Part shown: positions 37,217-51,000 of the stretch, piece by piece | Layout: the number at the start of each line of letters is the position of its first letter | Position numbering within the stretch: the first letter of the stretch is position 1 | Source of the DNA: Lingula anatina | Lineage: Eukaryota; Animalia; Brachiopoda | Length of the DNA: 64,000 bases | Assembly: GCA_051362555.1 (NCBI GenBank) | Contig: CM120647.1 | Location: 930,001-994,000 of the forward strand | Direction of reading: 5' to 3' | Notes under the pieces: model-generated | Databases searched by the model: none | What the model was told of the DNA's origin: nothing | Seen by the model: the letters and a program-made list of their open reading frames with translations, nothing else | Position numbers and translations under genes: made by a program

Positions 37217-38359
37217 ATGCATGAGGTTGACTATCAAAGCGATGTTGAACTTTCTAATAGCAGCAGCGCCTCCCAAGGAAATATTAGCAGGTACGGTTTG
37301 GACGACTTGAACGATACCGTGCTATCCGCCGAGCAACGGTGCTGGATGCTGCCGGATACATGTTTTTGTACCACTGTGTACGTCCTGACAGCCATCGGCC
37401 TGGTTGGTAACTTCCTTACCTTCCTGGTGGTTCTGCGAAGTCCGAGTTTCAGACAGAAATCCACCTTTGTTTATATTCTGTTCCTTGCCGGTGCGGATCA
37501 GTTACGTCTGTCGTTCCTATCGTGCGAATGCATTTTGTTAGATGAACGAACAGATCAGAGACCTTCTTGTTTGACAGTGACAGTTATATATATTTTACAA
37601 CTGACTTGTCTTGGCCTTTCCGTTTTGTACTTATTGGTGTTAACCGTAGAGAGACTTATAATAATATTTAAACCTCTGCAAGCGGTTTCTCTGTGCACGA
37701 GACGAAAGGCTTTGCTGATATCTGTTTTTCTTATACCTCTGGAAGTATTATTGGCTTCTACATGTATAGTACATTGTTATGTACCTCCAGAAACATCAGT
37801 TCAAGTTATCTCCGTTTTACACTATACATTTATTGTGATGTGGTTCGTAATCACATTAGCCATTACAGCGATGACGGTCGCCATTGTGTATAAACTGAGG
37901 AAGATCCATTCCGTAAGACGACAACTGGCTGGTCATCAGCAGCACGGTGATAGCAGTGGATTGACAAACACCAAAGTAAACACTCTGTTGTTAGTGACAC
38001 TGACAGCGTTTATATTGCTTACTTTGCCCTTCCTTCTCTTTTACGTTTTCGTGCCAAACGTAAACATATTCGATATATTACTTGGCATTTCCACAGAACG
38101 CACTTACCAGAACACGTACATATGGTCTATATTGACTCTGATAAGTTTTCTGAATCACAATACTAACTTTTTTCTTTTTGTTGCGTCGGGTCAGGTTTTT
38201 CGGGACGAGTTGGTGAAACTTTTCAAAGAGTGTTTTCGTTGTCGTCTGAACGCTGAAACTCTAGCTATGGGTGCTGAGAATGATGGACAGTGCAGACAAA
38301 ATGCGATCGCAAATCCGATCACGGCGTCCACTACTAATACTTTTACTACCCGATTATAA
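37217..38359 (+). CDS. Intronless class A GPCR, copy 2 (380 aa)
   Basis: 7TM core identical in protein to copy 1; differences only in the N- and C-terminal tails. Confidence 0.93.
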   Translation: MHEVDYQSDVELSNSSSASQGNISRYGLDDLNDTVLSAEQRCWMLPDTCFCTTVYVLTAIGLVGNFLTFLVVLRSPSFRQKSTFVYILFLAGADQLRLSFLSCECILLDERTDQRPSCLTVTVIYILQLTCLGLSVLYLLVLTVERLIIIFKPLQAVSLCTRRKALLISVFLIPLEVLLASTCIVHCYVPPETSVQVISVLHYTFIVMWFVITLAITAMTVAIVYKLRKIHSVRRQLAGHQQHGDSSGLTNTKVNTLLLVTLTAFILLTLPFLLFYVFVPNVNIFDILLGISTERTYQNTYIWSILTLISFLNHNTNFFLFVASGQVFRDELVKLFKECFRCRLNAETLAMGAENDGQCRQNAIANPITASTTNTFTTRL

Positions 38360-38796
38360 GGCTACAGTATATGTTGTATTACATTGTTGTTCGCCGTGTA
38401 AATGTAGATGACAGTTACTTCTGTAAAGTACACAGTTACGATATGAAGGTGACTCTCACCGCAAATTTAGTTTAGAGAAATAAATAAATAAAATAAATAT
38501 GTATTTTTTCATCATAGTAAACGTTTTTGGACTACGACGCGAGGTACAGTGTCTGCGTCACAAATTGCATAAATATTTAGCAGCTTCTGTTTTGTCAAGT
38601 CAAGACCAAATCTTTTAACATTTGCGAACTCATCCATAGCCTTAATTTTTTTATTCTCAACACTTTACTTATGCTTTTATATAGCAATGTATTTTAGATG
38701 GTATCAGATATATTTCTATTGTGTAAAAATAGGAAATTGTTACGAGTTGTTGCATAAAAATGACGTAAAAATGTAGTACCTAAAACTTCTGACTTC

Positions 38797-41252
38797 TGAA
38801 TTTAGTAGCACGTTAAGAGATACTGTGTTGCAAAGTAAACAAGTTAGATAATCATACCTCCAAAAAGCAGTATAAGGAGAAATATATACAGACAACCTGT
38901 ATAAAATTGGATAAACCATGGTTTGATGAAAATTGTAAAGAAAAGTTTAAAGATTATAAGACCGCTCTACATGCATTCAATATGGAAAAGAAAACACGAG
39001 ATAAACATAAAATCCTGTTAGACTAAAAATCAAGTTATAAGAATATTTGCAAACAGTTAAAAAGAAAATAGTCGCTTTGAAGGTGATATGTTAGAATATA
39101 CCAGAAAACACAACCCGCGTGTTTTTATAAGCAGTTCTCACGCAAAAAGAGTGTAAACGTTAATTCGGAGCTTACTATCGATACATACTATGATTTTGAA
39201 GAACACGACGACTGGTGGAATAGATTGTGACATACGTGAAGTAGACCCCAATGTAGGCTTATACAACGAGACAGTGTTCAATGAATTAGATAGTCCCATG
39301 AGTGACGGTGAGATCATTGGCGCAATTAAAAGATTAAAAGCTAACAAGAGCTGTGCCGAGGACTGTTTGATAAATGAATTTTTTATACACTGTAAAAATG
39401 TTTTACTACCGGCGTTAAGAACTTCGTTTAATTCTGTACTCGATTCGGGGTACTTTCCAGAGAATTGGTGTAAGGGTTGTATTATACCTTTACATAAAAA
39501 GGACGATCCTTGTAATTATAGGGGGATTACGATAACTAGTTGTTTAGGCAAGCTGTTTACTTCCATACTTAATAAATGGCTAGAAGCTTGGGATAAGGAC
39601 AACAGTCTTACAACCGACGCACAATTTGGATTTAAAGCGGGGCATAGTACCGTAGATGCTATCTTTGTGTTACAGCACGTGATAAATCGTACCTATACTA
39701 AGGAGTAAGAAGCGACTATATTGTGCGTTTGTGGATTATAAATCCGCTTTCGAATTCACCGATAGGCCAAGTTTATGGAAGAAATTAAATAAACTCGGTG
39801 TTCGAGGCAAATTGCTCCGAATTGTAAAAAAGTCTTTACAGCAATGCAAAGGCTTGTGTTAGGTATAAAGGTCAGCTATCTGAATATTTCCAAATACACA
39901 CCGGTCTATTACAAGGAGAGGTAATGTCTCCGCTACTTTACTCTTTGTATGTAAATGATTTTAAAACTTTTTGCTTATCGGAAAATTGTGACAGTATAGA
40001 AATACGGGACATAAATCTTTTCTTACTTATGTATGCTGATGACACGGTACTTTTATCGGAAACTCCTCAAGGACTACAAAAACTTTTAGATACCCTGGAA
40101 TTATACTCACAAAAGTGGAAGTGAACGGTAAATACAGAAAGGGTGAATCAGTATAGTTACCTTGGTTTACTTTTTAATTTTAATGGTAAGTTTTGTCAAA
40201 CTCAAAAACATATAGCAGAACAGGGTAAAAAAGCATTATTTGCTATTAGCAGCATGTTAAAAAACCATAACTTTAATGTGTCCACCAGGTGTGCAGTAAT
40301 TGATACGTGCGTTGGTAGTATTTTAAATTATTTCACATAAATATGGGGGTTCAATAAGGCAAAGGATATAAGAATGGTACATACCGATTTTTTAAAAAGA
40401 ATGCTGGGTGTTAAAAGAAGCACTAGTAATAACTTACTATGAAACCGGGCGGTATCCACTTATTTTAGGTAGAAAACTAAGAATTTTTAAATATTTGCTG
40501 AAAATCGGCTCTTAAAAACCTGTATTATACAAACGTGCTATAAAGATATCCTTAACAATAATTTCGAGTGGATAAATTGTATACGGAGTGACCTTGAATT
40601 AATGGGCCTGTCATTTACTTTTTATGAAAACATGTCGGATGTTTGTATACTGTCCTAGATAGAACAAAGATTGAAGGATCATTTTAGACAAGTACTGACA
40701 GGAGAAATATTCACAGCGAGTAAAGGGCTTCTGTATCAACACCTTGTTGATAATTTCAAAGTGCAATTTTAGTTGAATAAGCCAATTTCACATAAAAATA
40801 AGGAATTTATCGCAAAATTTAGGCTTTCATCCTATAATCTAGCTGTAGAGACTGGCCGGTACACAGACACCAATAAGAAATTAAGAATCTGTAAGTTATG
40901 CAATTCAAACGATGTAGAGGATGAATTTCACTTTATCCTTAAATGCCCTCACTACAACACGATTAGGCAGAAATATATTAAGACATTTTATTATACAAAG
41001 TCAAGTGTCTTTAAATTAATTAAATAACTATCACTTAACAATGTATCACAATTAAACAACTTGGGGAAAATACCTGAATGCATCGGAACTAAGATTAATG
41101 TCAGTCCGATGAATTATTATTATCATTATTATTATTGTTTGTATCAGTAGTAGTTGTTGTAGTAATAGTAGTTGATTAGATATAACTTTATATTGTCACA
41201 GTGTTATATATTCTGATGAGCCGTAGGGCTCAAAGGTTTAATAAATTGAAAT
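38797..41252 (+). mobile_element. 5'-truncated RTEX-like LINE, copy in unit A2, with 7-bp TSD TGACTTC
   Basis: RT motifs as in A1 plus C-terminal zinc-finger-like RICKLC...EDEFHFILKCPHY; TGACTTC at 38790-96 and 41253-59; empty site at 45794-45800. Confidence 0.92.
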
Positions 41253-44200
41253 TGACTTCGAAGAGAAATTGGGAAAAATATTTTACACAAAGGAAATAAA
41301 AGCCTCCTGGGCAAACGTTCCTGAAGTGTTTTCTGCATTAATAATTAGTACCACCAGTGTATAAATATGCACTTAACAAGGGCGGATCCAGGATTTTTGA
41401 GGGGGGAGGAATCCGGAACGACAGGCCTCGGAGGCGAAGCCGACCATCGCCCCTTAGGAGTGGGGTTCGGGGCCTGCTCAAGGCTAGATTATGGTATTTT
41501 ATTCCAAATACCATGTCTAACATGATTAATGGTTTATAAAATACAAAAGTGTCGAAAATATGTACTCTTTATACCATTTAAGCAAATTTATACGAGGTAG
41601 TATGTACCCCCTCAAATACAATGTTTCACTGTGGTTTCTATAGATGTAAAGAAATGTCTATTAAATTAAAAAGACTCCATCAAATGTCACCAAGTTTACA
41701 CACAATTAGCATTAGGGTGTGCTCGTTAAATGTCACTTGACTAATAGCGTGTGCGTCTACCGCGTTCTGCAATTACCTCCTGTAGACGGCGCGACAAGTC
41801 TTCACGGGTAACAATTCTGTTTTGTGGGATATTGTCCCATTCTTCTTAAACAACGTGACGGAATTAGTCCAGATTATTTGGAAATCGGTTCTACTGTGCA
41901 ATGCTCATTCCTATTAATGACACAGGTGCTCAGTAGAACTACAGACGAAAATAGGATTGGTGAAAAATTTTGAAACATGGATTCGATTGGATTATATAAA
42001 CTAGGTCAAACTAGTTTCGTCAGAGGTAACTTGACAGATGAAGTTAGGCTATAGTGAAGAGGTTAGTGTCAAGTTATCTCTGAAGCTCAGGGTGAGATTT
42101 CCAGAATTAGATATATTAATGCCATTGACAGAAAAAGTAATACGGCACTAGGAAAAGTTTAAACGATTTATATTAATACAATTTTTAAAGGATCTCTTCC
42201 AAAGAGTGCTAAATATGGTTTTGATTGATGTGCCTGGTTGTCATTAAAGTTTAATCATTTCAAAGAGATGAGGCTATGAAAATGTAATGTTTGCCATTGT
42301 GAACTACAAGGAAGTTTTACACACTGTTACTAGTGCAGATCTCCATCCAGTTCAATATTGGATACACTCAATACACACAATGCATAGACAGACAGACAGA
42401 TCGATATTTTATTTATTCTGAATTGTGAGCAGAAACACAAAAATTAAACACTTCCACAATAACGGCAAGTCAAGCAGTCAAAATTGAATTGAAGAGATTA
42501 ACACCCTTACATATACGTCTCCTCACACGTCGTCCCTCTACCGGTGAAATGAGACGAGATTTAATTTCTGTGCCCATGCAGGAACGTTGCGTGGGGAGGC
42601 GTGCGAGAGGCGGAGAGACCATAACAGGATTAAGCGGTTTTCCCTTCATATAGGTCCGCCATATTTAGGTCGCGACCTAGCTAGCACTCGGTTGTTCTCT
42701 ATCTGAATGCAGCCAATTTGACTGCTCCTATGGGCTGATCAGCTCACAGCAATGATAGGAAAAAAGTTCCAGTCTCTAAGTTCAAATCATGACATAATGG
42801 CACGGAATATGAAGTTGGCAGAATCAAAATTAATTATAATTGTTGTAATTAGTTTATAACACTCCTAATATTTGACATTCGCAAAAAGGGAACAGTATTT
42901 TGTATCTAAACGTATTTTCCGACAAGACCTAATGGACTTCAGCTAGGGAAATCTACTTGAAAACGCAATCATCACAAACAAGCCCCTCTCAGCGGTTGAA
43001 ATGATCGCGTGTATTTTTGGGCATATAAAAGCACTTGTCAAAACAAAGATTTGCGTTTTTATTATTATCATTTTTTGTTGGCAAGCATATTATTTCAAAT
43101 GTTTATTTCAAATATTTATTTCGAATGTAGGTGGAAAGAATGCCAAACTTATATCAACAGTTTTTAACATACCCCACCTAGAATTTATAACATTATAAAA
43201 TGTTATACAGAGAATCAATTTCTGTCAATATAAAAACTGAAAAAATTGAGTGAGGAAGTCACCAAATGGTGCTATTCAGTCTCATTTTTTTCATTTTCAT
43301 TCCAAGATTTCTGTCATCTTCCTATTACCAGTGGCTCTCATTAACTGGTTTGGGATGTCTCTAAAACATAGAACAATGAATTCAGTCCACAGCTTATGCT
43401 GTTTTCACTAACTGACATTTTAAAAATGGTAAACTGAATTCCCTTAATCCAGGTCGTCACAAATTGACAAACTCCAAGAAGCACCAATGGTCCATATTTT
43501 GATACACAGTTTCCTTTATCTGTCTTTGGCCTCATGTCCTCTGGAATGTCATGAATATTTTCAAACAACAGGGTAGACATAGACAGTTAAAAGTAGCACA
43601 GACTAATTCCCTGATGGCTTCCCGCCTCCACTGAGGGGAGAAATTGACACAGAGGTGTTCACAACAAGTTGATCCCTGGACAATCTGATCCACTGACTAA
43701 ATATGGCTGACTCACTTAAAAAGTAATGCAGATTTATTCCCTGATGGCCTCCACACATACACACAGGCCGTTGCTGCAGGGGCCTTGCAAATAAATCTCA
43801 GAGCTGATATTAAATCCGTTAAATGGTGCGTGTGGAAGTGGGGAGACAAATCATCGGATTAAGCAGTTGGGTCAGCCATATTTAATCGTTGGATCAGTTA
43901 GTCCACGGACCAACTGTTCTTAATGTGCTCATACTGGGAAAAAAAACTGACCTTTCACATTCTAATCATTCATTTACAGGTGAATTTGTTTTGATAGATG
44001 TGTGTTTACTGGGATCAACATCAGGTAACTTTATTTGATTATAGGATATTTCTACAAAATGTGAACAAAGTAGTTTCTTACCTGGATGATTTAACATGTT
44101 GGTCATTTCCAAAGACAGAGTACCACATAAAATGCTCAATGGTGTAATTTTTTTCTGACCTTTCAATTCCAAAATATGTATTCACAGGTGAAATTGTACA

Positions 44201-44411
44201 TAAAAGATAGTAGGAAAGCCAATGTCAGGGTGTTCATTACTTGACTCTCATCTTCAACATTGTGTTAGCTGTGTACTTACTTGACTGTCCAACCTCTCAT
44301 TTTCAACATTGTGTTAGCTGTGTACTTACTTGGCTGTCCCACCTCTCATCTTCAACATTGTGTTAGCTGTGTACTTACTTGGCGCAGCTCGCTTTCTCGT
44401 TGACTTTTCTC

Positions 44412-45023
44412 TACATGGTGATATGTGAAGTGTTTAAATTACATCCATTGCTCCACAGTAAGTAGTAGATCTACATGGTGATATGTGAAGTGTTTAATTT
44501 ACATCCATTGCCCCACAGCAGTAGTTGATCTACATGGTGATATGTGAAGTGTTTAATTTACATCCATTGCTCCACAGTTAGTAGTTGATCTACATGGTGA
44601 TATGTGAAGTGTTAAGATTACACCCCATTGCTCCACAGTAAGTAGTAGATCTACATGGTGATATGTGAAGTGTTAAGATTACATCCCATTGCTCCACAGT
44701 AAGTAGTTGATCTACATGGTTATATGTGAAGTGTTAAGATTACATCCCATTGCTCCACAGTAAGTAGTTGATCTACATGGTTATATGTGAAGTGTTAAGA
44801 TTACATCCCATTGCTCCACAGTAAGTAGTTGATCTACATGGTTATATGTGAAGTGTTAAGATTACATCCCATTGCTCCACAGTTAGTAGTTGATCTACAT
44901 GGTGATATGGGAAGTGTTAAGATTACACCCCATTGCTCCACAGTAAATAGTAGATCTACATGGTGATATGTGAAGTGTTAATATTACACCCCATTGCTCC
45001 ACAGTAAATAGTAGATCTACATG
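44412..45023 (+). repeat. 61-bp CYP exon 11/donor minisatellite, 10 copies plus a stub
   Basis: Unit starts at 44412, 44472, 44531, 44591, 44652, 44713, 44774, 44835, 44896, 44957. Confidence 0.97.
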
Positions 45024-45344
45024 TACTTGGAAACTGTATTCGTATTCGATATAAGAAGTGTCAGTTTCAAAGAACGCTTTTTGCAGATCAAGTACATACG
45101 ATCTATATTGTTCCTGGTTGGTTTGCTGAATCACAACACTAACTTTTTTCTTTTTGTTGCGACTGGTAAGGTATTTCGGGACGAGTTGGTGAGACTTTTC
45201 AAAGAGTGTTTTCGTTGTCGTCTGAACGCTGAAACCTCAGCTAGGGGTGCTGGGAATGATGGACAGTGTGAAAGCAGACAAAATGCGAACACAACTCCAA
45301 TCACGGCGTCAACTACTACTCATTTGTTAACTACCCGATTATAA
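45024..45344 (+). pseudogene. 3' fragment (ECL3, TM7, C-tail) of a third, diverged GPCR paralog
   Basis: LNHNTNFFLFVATGKVFRDELVRLFKECFRCRLNA...HLLTTRL with the same 3' flank as copies 1 and 2; 5' part replaced by the minisatellite. Confidence 0.88.
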
Positions 45345-45915
45345 GGATACAATGTATGTTGTATTACATTGTTGTTCGCCGTGTAAATGTAGATGACGGT
45401 TGCTTCTGTAAAGTACACAGTTACGATATGAAGGTGACATCCACTGCAAATTTAGCTTAGAAAAATAAATAAATCAAAAATAAAAATAAGTTTTTTTCAT
45501 CATAGTAAACGTTGTTGGACTACGACGCGGGCTACAGCGTCTGCGTCACAAATTGCATAAATATTTAGCAGCTTCTGTTTTGCCAAGTCAAGACCAAATC
45601 TTTTAACATTTGCGAAATCATCCATAGCCTATTTTTTTTATTCTCAACACTTTACTAAGGCTTTTATATACCAATGTATTTTAGATGGTATCAGATATAC
45701 ATGTATTTCTATTGTGTAAAAATAGGAAGTTGTTACGAGTTGTTGTATATAATTTCTCGACGTAAAAATGTACTACCCTGTACATAAAACTTCTGACTTC
45801 AAAAAGAAATTGGGAAAATATTACACAAAGGAAATAAAAGCCTCCTGGGCAAACGTTCCTGAAGTGTTTTCTGCATTAATAATTAGTACCACCAGCGTAT
45901 AAATATGGACTTAAC

Positions 45916-46152
45916 AAGGGCGGGTCCAGGATTTTTGAGGGGGGAGGAGTGCGGAACGACAGGCCTCGGATGCGAAGCCGACCATCGATCGCCCCTTAAG
46001 CGTGGGGTTCGGGGCCTGCTCAAGGGCCCCGAAAACTTTTTGGTGTTTTAGGAAGCAAACAGCGCCCTTTGGTACGGTTTGGAACTATGATTTACCTGGT
46101 CAAAATTCTAATTTCAGGACCCCCCTGACCACCGCTCTAAATTCGCCACTGC
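45916..46152. mobile_element. MITE with GGGCGG(A/G)TCCAGG left end; partial copies at ~26620, 41378, 55142, 58261
   Basis: aagggcgggtccagg ... ctaaattcgccactg imperfect inverted ends. Confidence 0.6.
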
Positions 46153-46200
46153 CTAACTAGGAAAATATCTATAACGTGCTCTGTTTAACGATTCGTCCAC

Positions 46201-46237
<37 letters not shown>

Positions 46238-46339
46238 CGCAGTATTAGTAGTAGTTTATTTACCGTGACATTATTTTCACGGTACAACACCAGTACAATA
46301 CCAGTACGTCAAGTATAATATTTATATTTTTCGTATATA

Positions 46340-47500
46340 CATGTATATGTAGCTCTTAACATGTAATTCCTCTGCGCTTGCAGGCCTGTAATAACATTTT
46401 CCCGAGATTTCTATTTTCTGATTGGTTATGACTTCCAAATAACAGTATAATTGAAAAACCGAGGGCTTCTGCCAGTAATTTTTTATTATATTTGCTTCTC
46501 AAGTCACTATAATATAGGCAGATAAAGACAAAATGAAATTCATTCTCTATATCATTTCGGTCACATAGTATACATATCTTCTTTTGGAACACTGTGGTAT
46601 AATCCCTTTTCAATCATGATTATGATCTGACATTCTAAAATTACATATAATTTGTCTATTTTTTATGGATATTTTTTTCCTAGATAGCCTTGGAGGTCGA
46701 AAATATAACAGAATTTTGTGTACTTAATAACCTAGTACAATACCCTCACTATTTTGACCATCCTGTGATATTTTCATGGCAATCGCCCTAATTCGTTATA
46801 GACAGCAGCCGACACGGCTTTGGTACTGACCCCCAAGGTCGTTTTACAATATTGCAAATGTACTTTTTCAATGTCTGATGAATTTTGGAACCCCCAGACC
46901 TCACTCCCGTAATTTTGGATTAGTAACAAATAGGTATCAAAGAGAAAAAGTTCAGTTTCTACATTAAATAATGAGTCTCTACTGATATTTCTAATTGCAA
47001 ACATTACTTTTCTTCCCTTATCTGCTACGGCTTTCTGCGTGATAAGAAACTTTCCATTGGAACTTAAAAGTTACCCCAGATAAGCAAAACTATTAGTTCT
47101 CAATTTTCATCCCCTTATAGTACCACAATTCATTTTAATGAATTTTCCCCGTTTTTAAAAATCACGATTTTAGTTTTTCTAACATTCACTGTTAATCCCC
47201 ACTCCATACTGTATAACTCAAGGTTGTCTATCATATTTTGCAAATCAGAGGGTGACTCAGAAAACAAAACCGTGTCATCTGCATACATCAACAAAAAGAT
47301 ATTTATCACTCCCATTTTCATTTTCTCCCATTTTCAGACTGCTGCAATTGTTTTCAATAAATAAATCTCAAAATAGTTCACGTATAACTAGATGTAATCG
47401 CATACGCGTTGAAATGCCTTGTGCATACGGACTAATTAATACATTTGTAAGGTTTCCTAAGCATGTGAACATGTATGGAGTTTTTATTTCTTATTTCATC
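46340..47500 (-). mobile_element. Heavily degraded LINE fragment (RTEX-like), minus strand
   Basis: LLMYADDTVLFSES, YGSEVWG...VYNELGRLP, CILCDRNDIENEFHFVFIC in three broken ORFs. Confidence 0.85.
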
Positions 47501-48013
47501 TAACGCAAACGGTCCTCCCAGCGAATCTCGATCTGACCACCTTTCTTTGTCAATTTCTAAATTATGCGCAGGATCTCAAACTCGTTTTTGCAGCCTGTCA
47601 TTTTCTTGCACTTAATTATATTTTATTGTACATTTCATCCTTTTTTAGTTGGGGGTAAAATGGTCTGAAACCAGAAACAACCTCGATGTACACATCTAAG
47701 GTGACGGTCCGTTAAACTCGATCTATGACAAAAAACATGTTTGCAATGTTGTACTGACAACCACTTACTCTCAGTGTTAGATTAGGTTGAAACGCTTTTT
47801 TCTAACCACTTTTGTATGATTCTATCATAACAATTTGAAACGAAGATCAGATTTCTTGAAATATATGGATTGATGCCATTGGCAGAAAAACTAATACGGC
47901 ACTTGGAAAAGTTAAACGATTTATTTTAATGCAGCTCTAAAGGATCTCTTCCAAAGAGTGCTAAATATGGTTTTGATCATTTAATCATTTCAAAGAGATG
48001 ATATCGATGCTAT

Positions 48014-51000
48014 TAGTCCGGCGGTTAAGTCCAAAATATTTCCAGAATTGTGCAAAAGGTGATAAAAGCATGAAACTTTCCACGATGAATGACCATTGGG
48101 TGTTTGTCAATTTTAGATCGGGGGGCAACTCCAAAATCCACAAGTACCCGGATGAGCAGCTCTCTTAAATATGCTGACTCAGCATTTTATGTACAATTAG
48201 ATTTCATCAAAACGAGCACTACCAGCACTAATTATGATATCATAAATAGATTTTTAAAACGTACGCTCACCGTGCACATTTATCAGAGCAATGATGACGT
48301 CATGATGGCGTCACTGGGTGATATTGCACAATATAGTATGACAAATATCGACTTTCTCCCATAGGAACAATAGTCTAACTTTACAATGTTTCTTTTCCCG
48401 TACTTTTTTTTATCACAGAAATACCCCTTTAGGACTTGAAAGGGAAATTAGTTTAGTTGCTACTTCCTAGACATTGAGGATTTTTCAATATGGCCGTCAA
48501 TTTTTAGGAAAAATAGAAAAACAACCAGAAGTTGACGGATATACTTTATTCGGGGCTCTTGTGAATGTGTTCCTGTCGGAAGAACACTGTAGGGTACAAG
48601 ACTACACCCTAACACGTCACTGATACGGAAAAAGTGGCCGCCAAAACACAGGGAAGAGAAAATGGTAAAGAAAATTAGGAAAATCAGCATATTTGTGGTA
48701 TTATCAGTCTAATCAACAGCATATTCTTCTTTGATTTCTCCATTCATCGTGATTTTTCGTTAGCGATTTTCCTACACTACCATTATCTGCTTGAAAAATA
48801 TTCAAATTATGTGTGGTGAGGGAGTAAGCCCTCCAAGTAGTTAAGTTGCCACTCCAATTAGTCCAATAGTTGCACAATGCTGTGTTGTTTTCTGCAATTG
48901 TTAGAAAAAAATTGTATTCTTTTGGGTTAGAAAAGTCAACTTAGCTTTGTTTTAGTAGCTTCTGGGACACTGAGCACTTTTGTAACCCAAAATGGCTGCC
49001 AATTTTTACGTAAAAGGACATAAATATTCATAGCAATTTACATCAAACTATATACAGTGTGTGTATATTCTTCATTTAAAAGTCAATTTGAATGTTTACA
49101 AATACAGAGGTAGCGTGTTTTAGGATTTTCTTTTACATAATCTGCGAGTCATTTGAATAGAAATAGCAAAATGGCCACCAAAACAGTACGGAAAAGGCAC
49201 GTAAAAAATGGTAAATTATGTTTATTTTCACTGAAAAAGATTTTAAACGAATGAAATCTACATATACATTTTATGTCAGTAAAATTATACGCTTGGAAGG
49301 CAACGTAATAAAACAAAAAGGAAAGGAGGTATGTTAATCAAGTTTCTTCTTCGATTAAGCAGTCAGTCATCTCTAATATGTCAGCAGTAACCCCTTTATG
49401 TTTGAAAAATAAGGCTAAAGACATTTCCAACTTAGGTTAGATTTTTGATAAGGATTTTTTTCAGTGAACCGCCCAGCCGCCATTTGAACGGCTGCCTGAA
49501 AGCTAAAACCTATCAGACCTTCAAGCATCACTTGACAGCGCTGACAGAGGAAAAGTCGATTTTCATGTTCGTTCAGTAGGGGCTACGTTTGCGGGAGATT
49601 GTCAGCGGTAGATCATTCGCAAGACGCGAAGGCAATTTACATATTCGTTCAAGGGATTTTGTCCGCGGACGATTTGCAGCGGACGATTGTTACCGATCCG
49701 ACCGAGACACTAAGGCAGTTTTCATACCTTCCACGGGATGTCGTTTTCGATCCGAGCGAGACGAGAAAGCAATTTTCATATTCGCGTAAAGGAGTTCGTT
49801 AGCGGCATATCATCAACGTGAGATAGCTTCTTTTCCTTCTACCTTTGGTGGGCTAAGAGGGAAAAACAATAGCAAAAGTCTTTTAAATATTGTAATTCAC
49901 ATGCACAGATTTGAAGCTGTGTGTTTTTTCTTCTTTTGACCACGTGGATGCTATAAATCCTGGGAATATGCGCCAACATCGTCTATCTTCAAGAAAGCCA
50001 CACGGAAGGCGTGCAGCAACTGCACTGAGACTGAACGGACTCTGTATGATCAGTTTCAGTCGACAAACCGAATTTTCCCTTCATATCCGTAAGCTCATAT
50101 TAATTAGCGACAAGGCATGGCACAAGCATGTAATGTAAATGTATTTGCCGTAGCCCGTAGCCACTTACGATGCCATAAAAATCGCACGGAAAACCGTATA
50201 TGATTTCATTGTACGGCATATGAAGCAAATGGCATTTAGCAATCCAAACACGATGAAGAGGCAAATTTAACATCGTCAGCCGAATATCGTTTGCGATCCG
50301 AGCGAGACGAGAAGGTAAATTTCATATTCGTTTTAGGGACTTCGCCAGCAGAAAAATCATCAGCGGGAGATAGTAATGAATCCGAGCAAAACGAGAAGGC
50401 AATATGAATAAGGTCAGAGGGAGATTGCCAGCGATTCGAAGGAGACAAGAAGGCAATTTCCACATTTGTTCAAGGGCCGCATTAGTGGAAGATCGTCAGC
50501 GGGAAAGGAGGTGGTTTGGTTGCGTTCATCAGCAACTGAGTGAAATATACATGTATATAATTTATGTTAATGTCACATGGCTGAGATGGTGACAACTGAC
50601 TCCTGAATGGTAATTTTTCATTAAAATCCACGTGCTCTAGCAGTTCAGATTGCCACAAAAAAGTCCGTAATTGAATTTTTATGTATTTTTATATCATTTT
50701 AAATTAATTTTATACCCCCCTTTCTTTGAAAAATATTCTTTCTCTTTTTCATTTACATTTTTTTTATTTTGAATGTAAAAAAAAGCTATTAATGATAGGT
50801 AAGGATAGTGGCCAATGAAAAATCCAAATGAACAGAAAAATTGAAGGCGTTATAAGTATTAATTAGACTTATTATACCAGTAATAGACTGATTATATCTA
50901 TAATTCATCCTCTGCTGTATGCGTTGGCGGCCATTTTGGTTTATCCATACCAGAAACGCGGTAGTACGCAGTCAATTATCCTACTGTGTTTTTCTGGCAG

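Larger units (their letters stand above)
29636..44416 (+). repeat. Segmental duplication unit A2
   Basis: Colinear with 16482-29635; differs by substitutions and unit-specific insertions and deletions. Confidence 0.95.

Noticed and set aside
45021-45344. 107-aa ORF as an independent gene
   Set aside because: Its ATG comes from the minisatellite stub and it encodes only TM7 and the tail of the GPCR, so it is treated as a pseudogene fragment.
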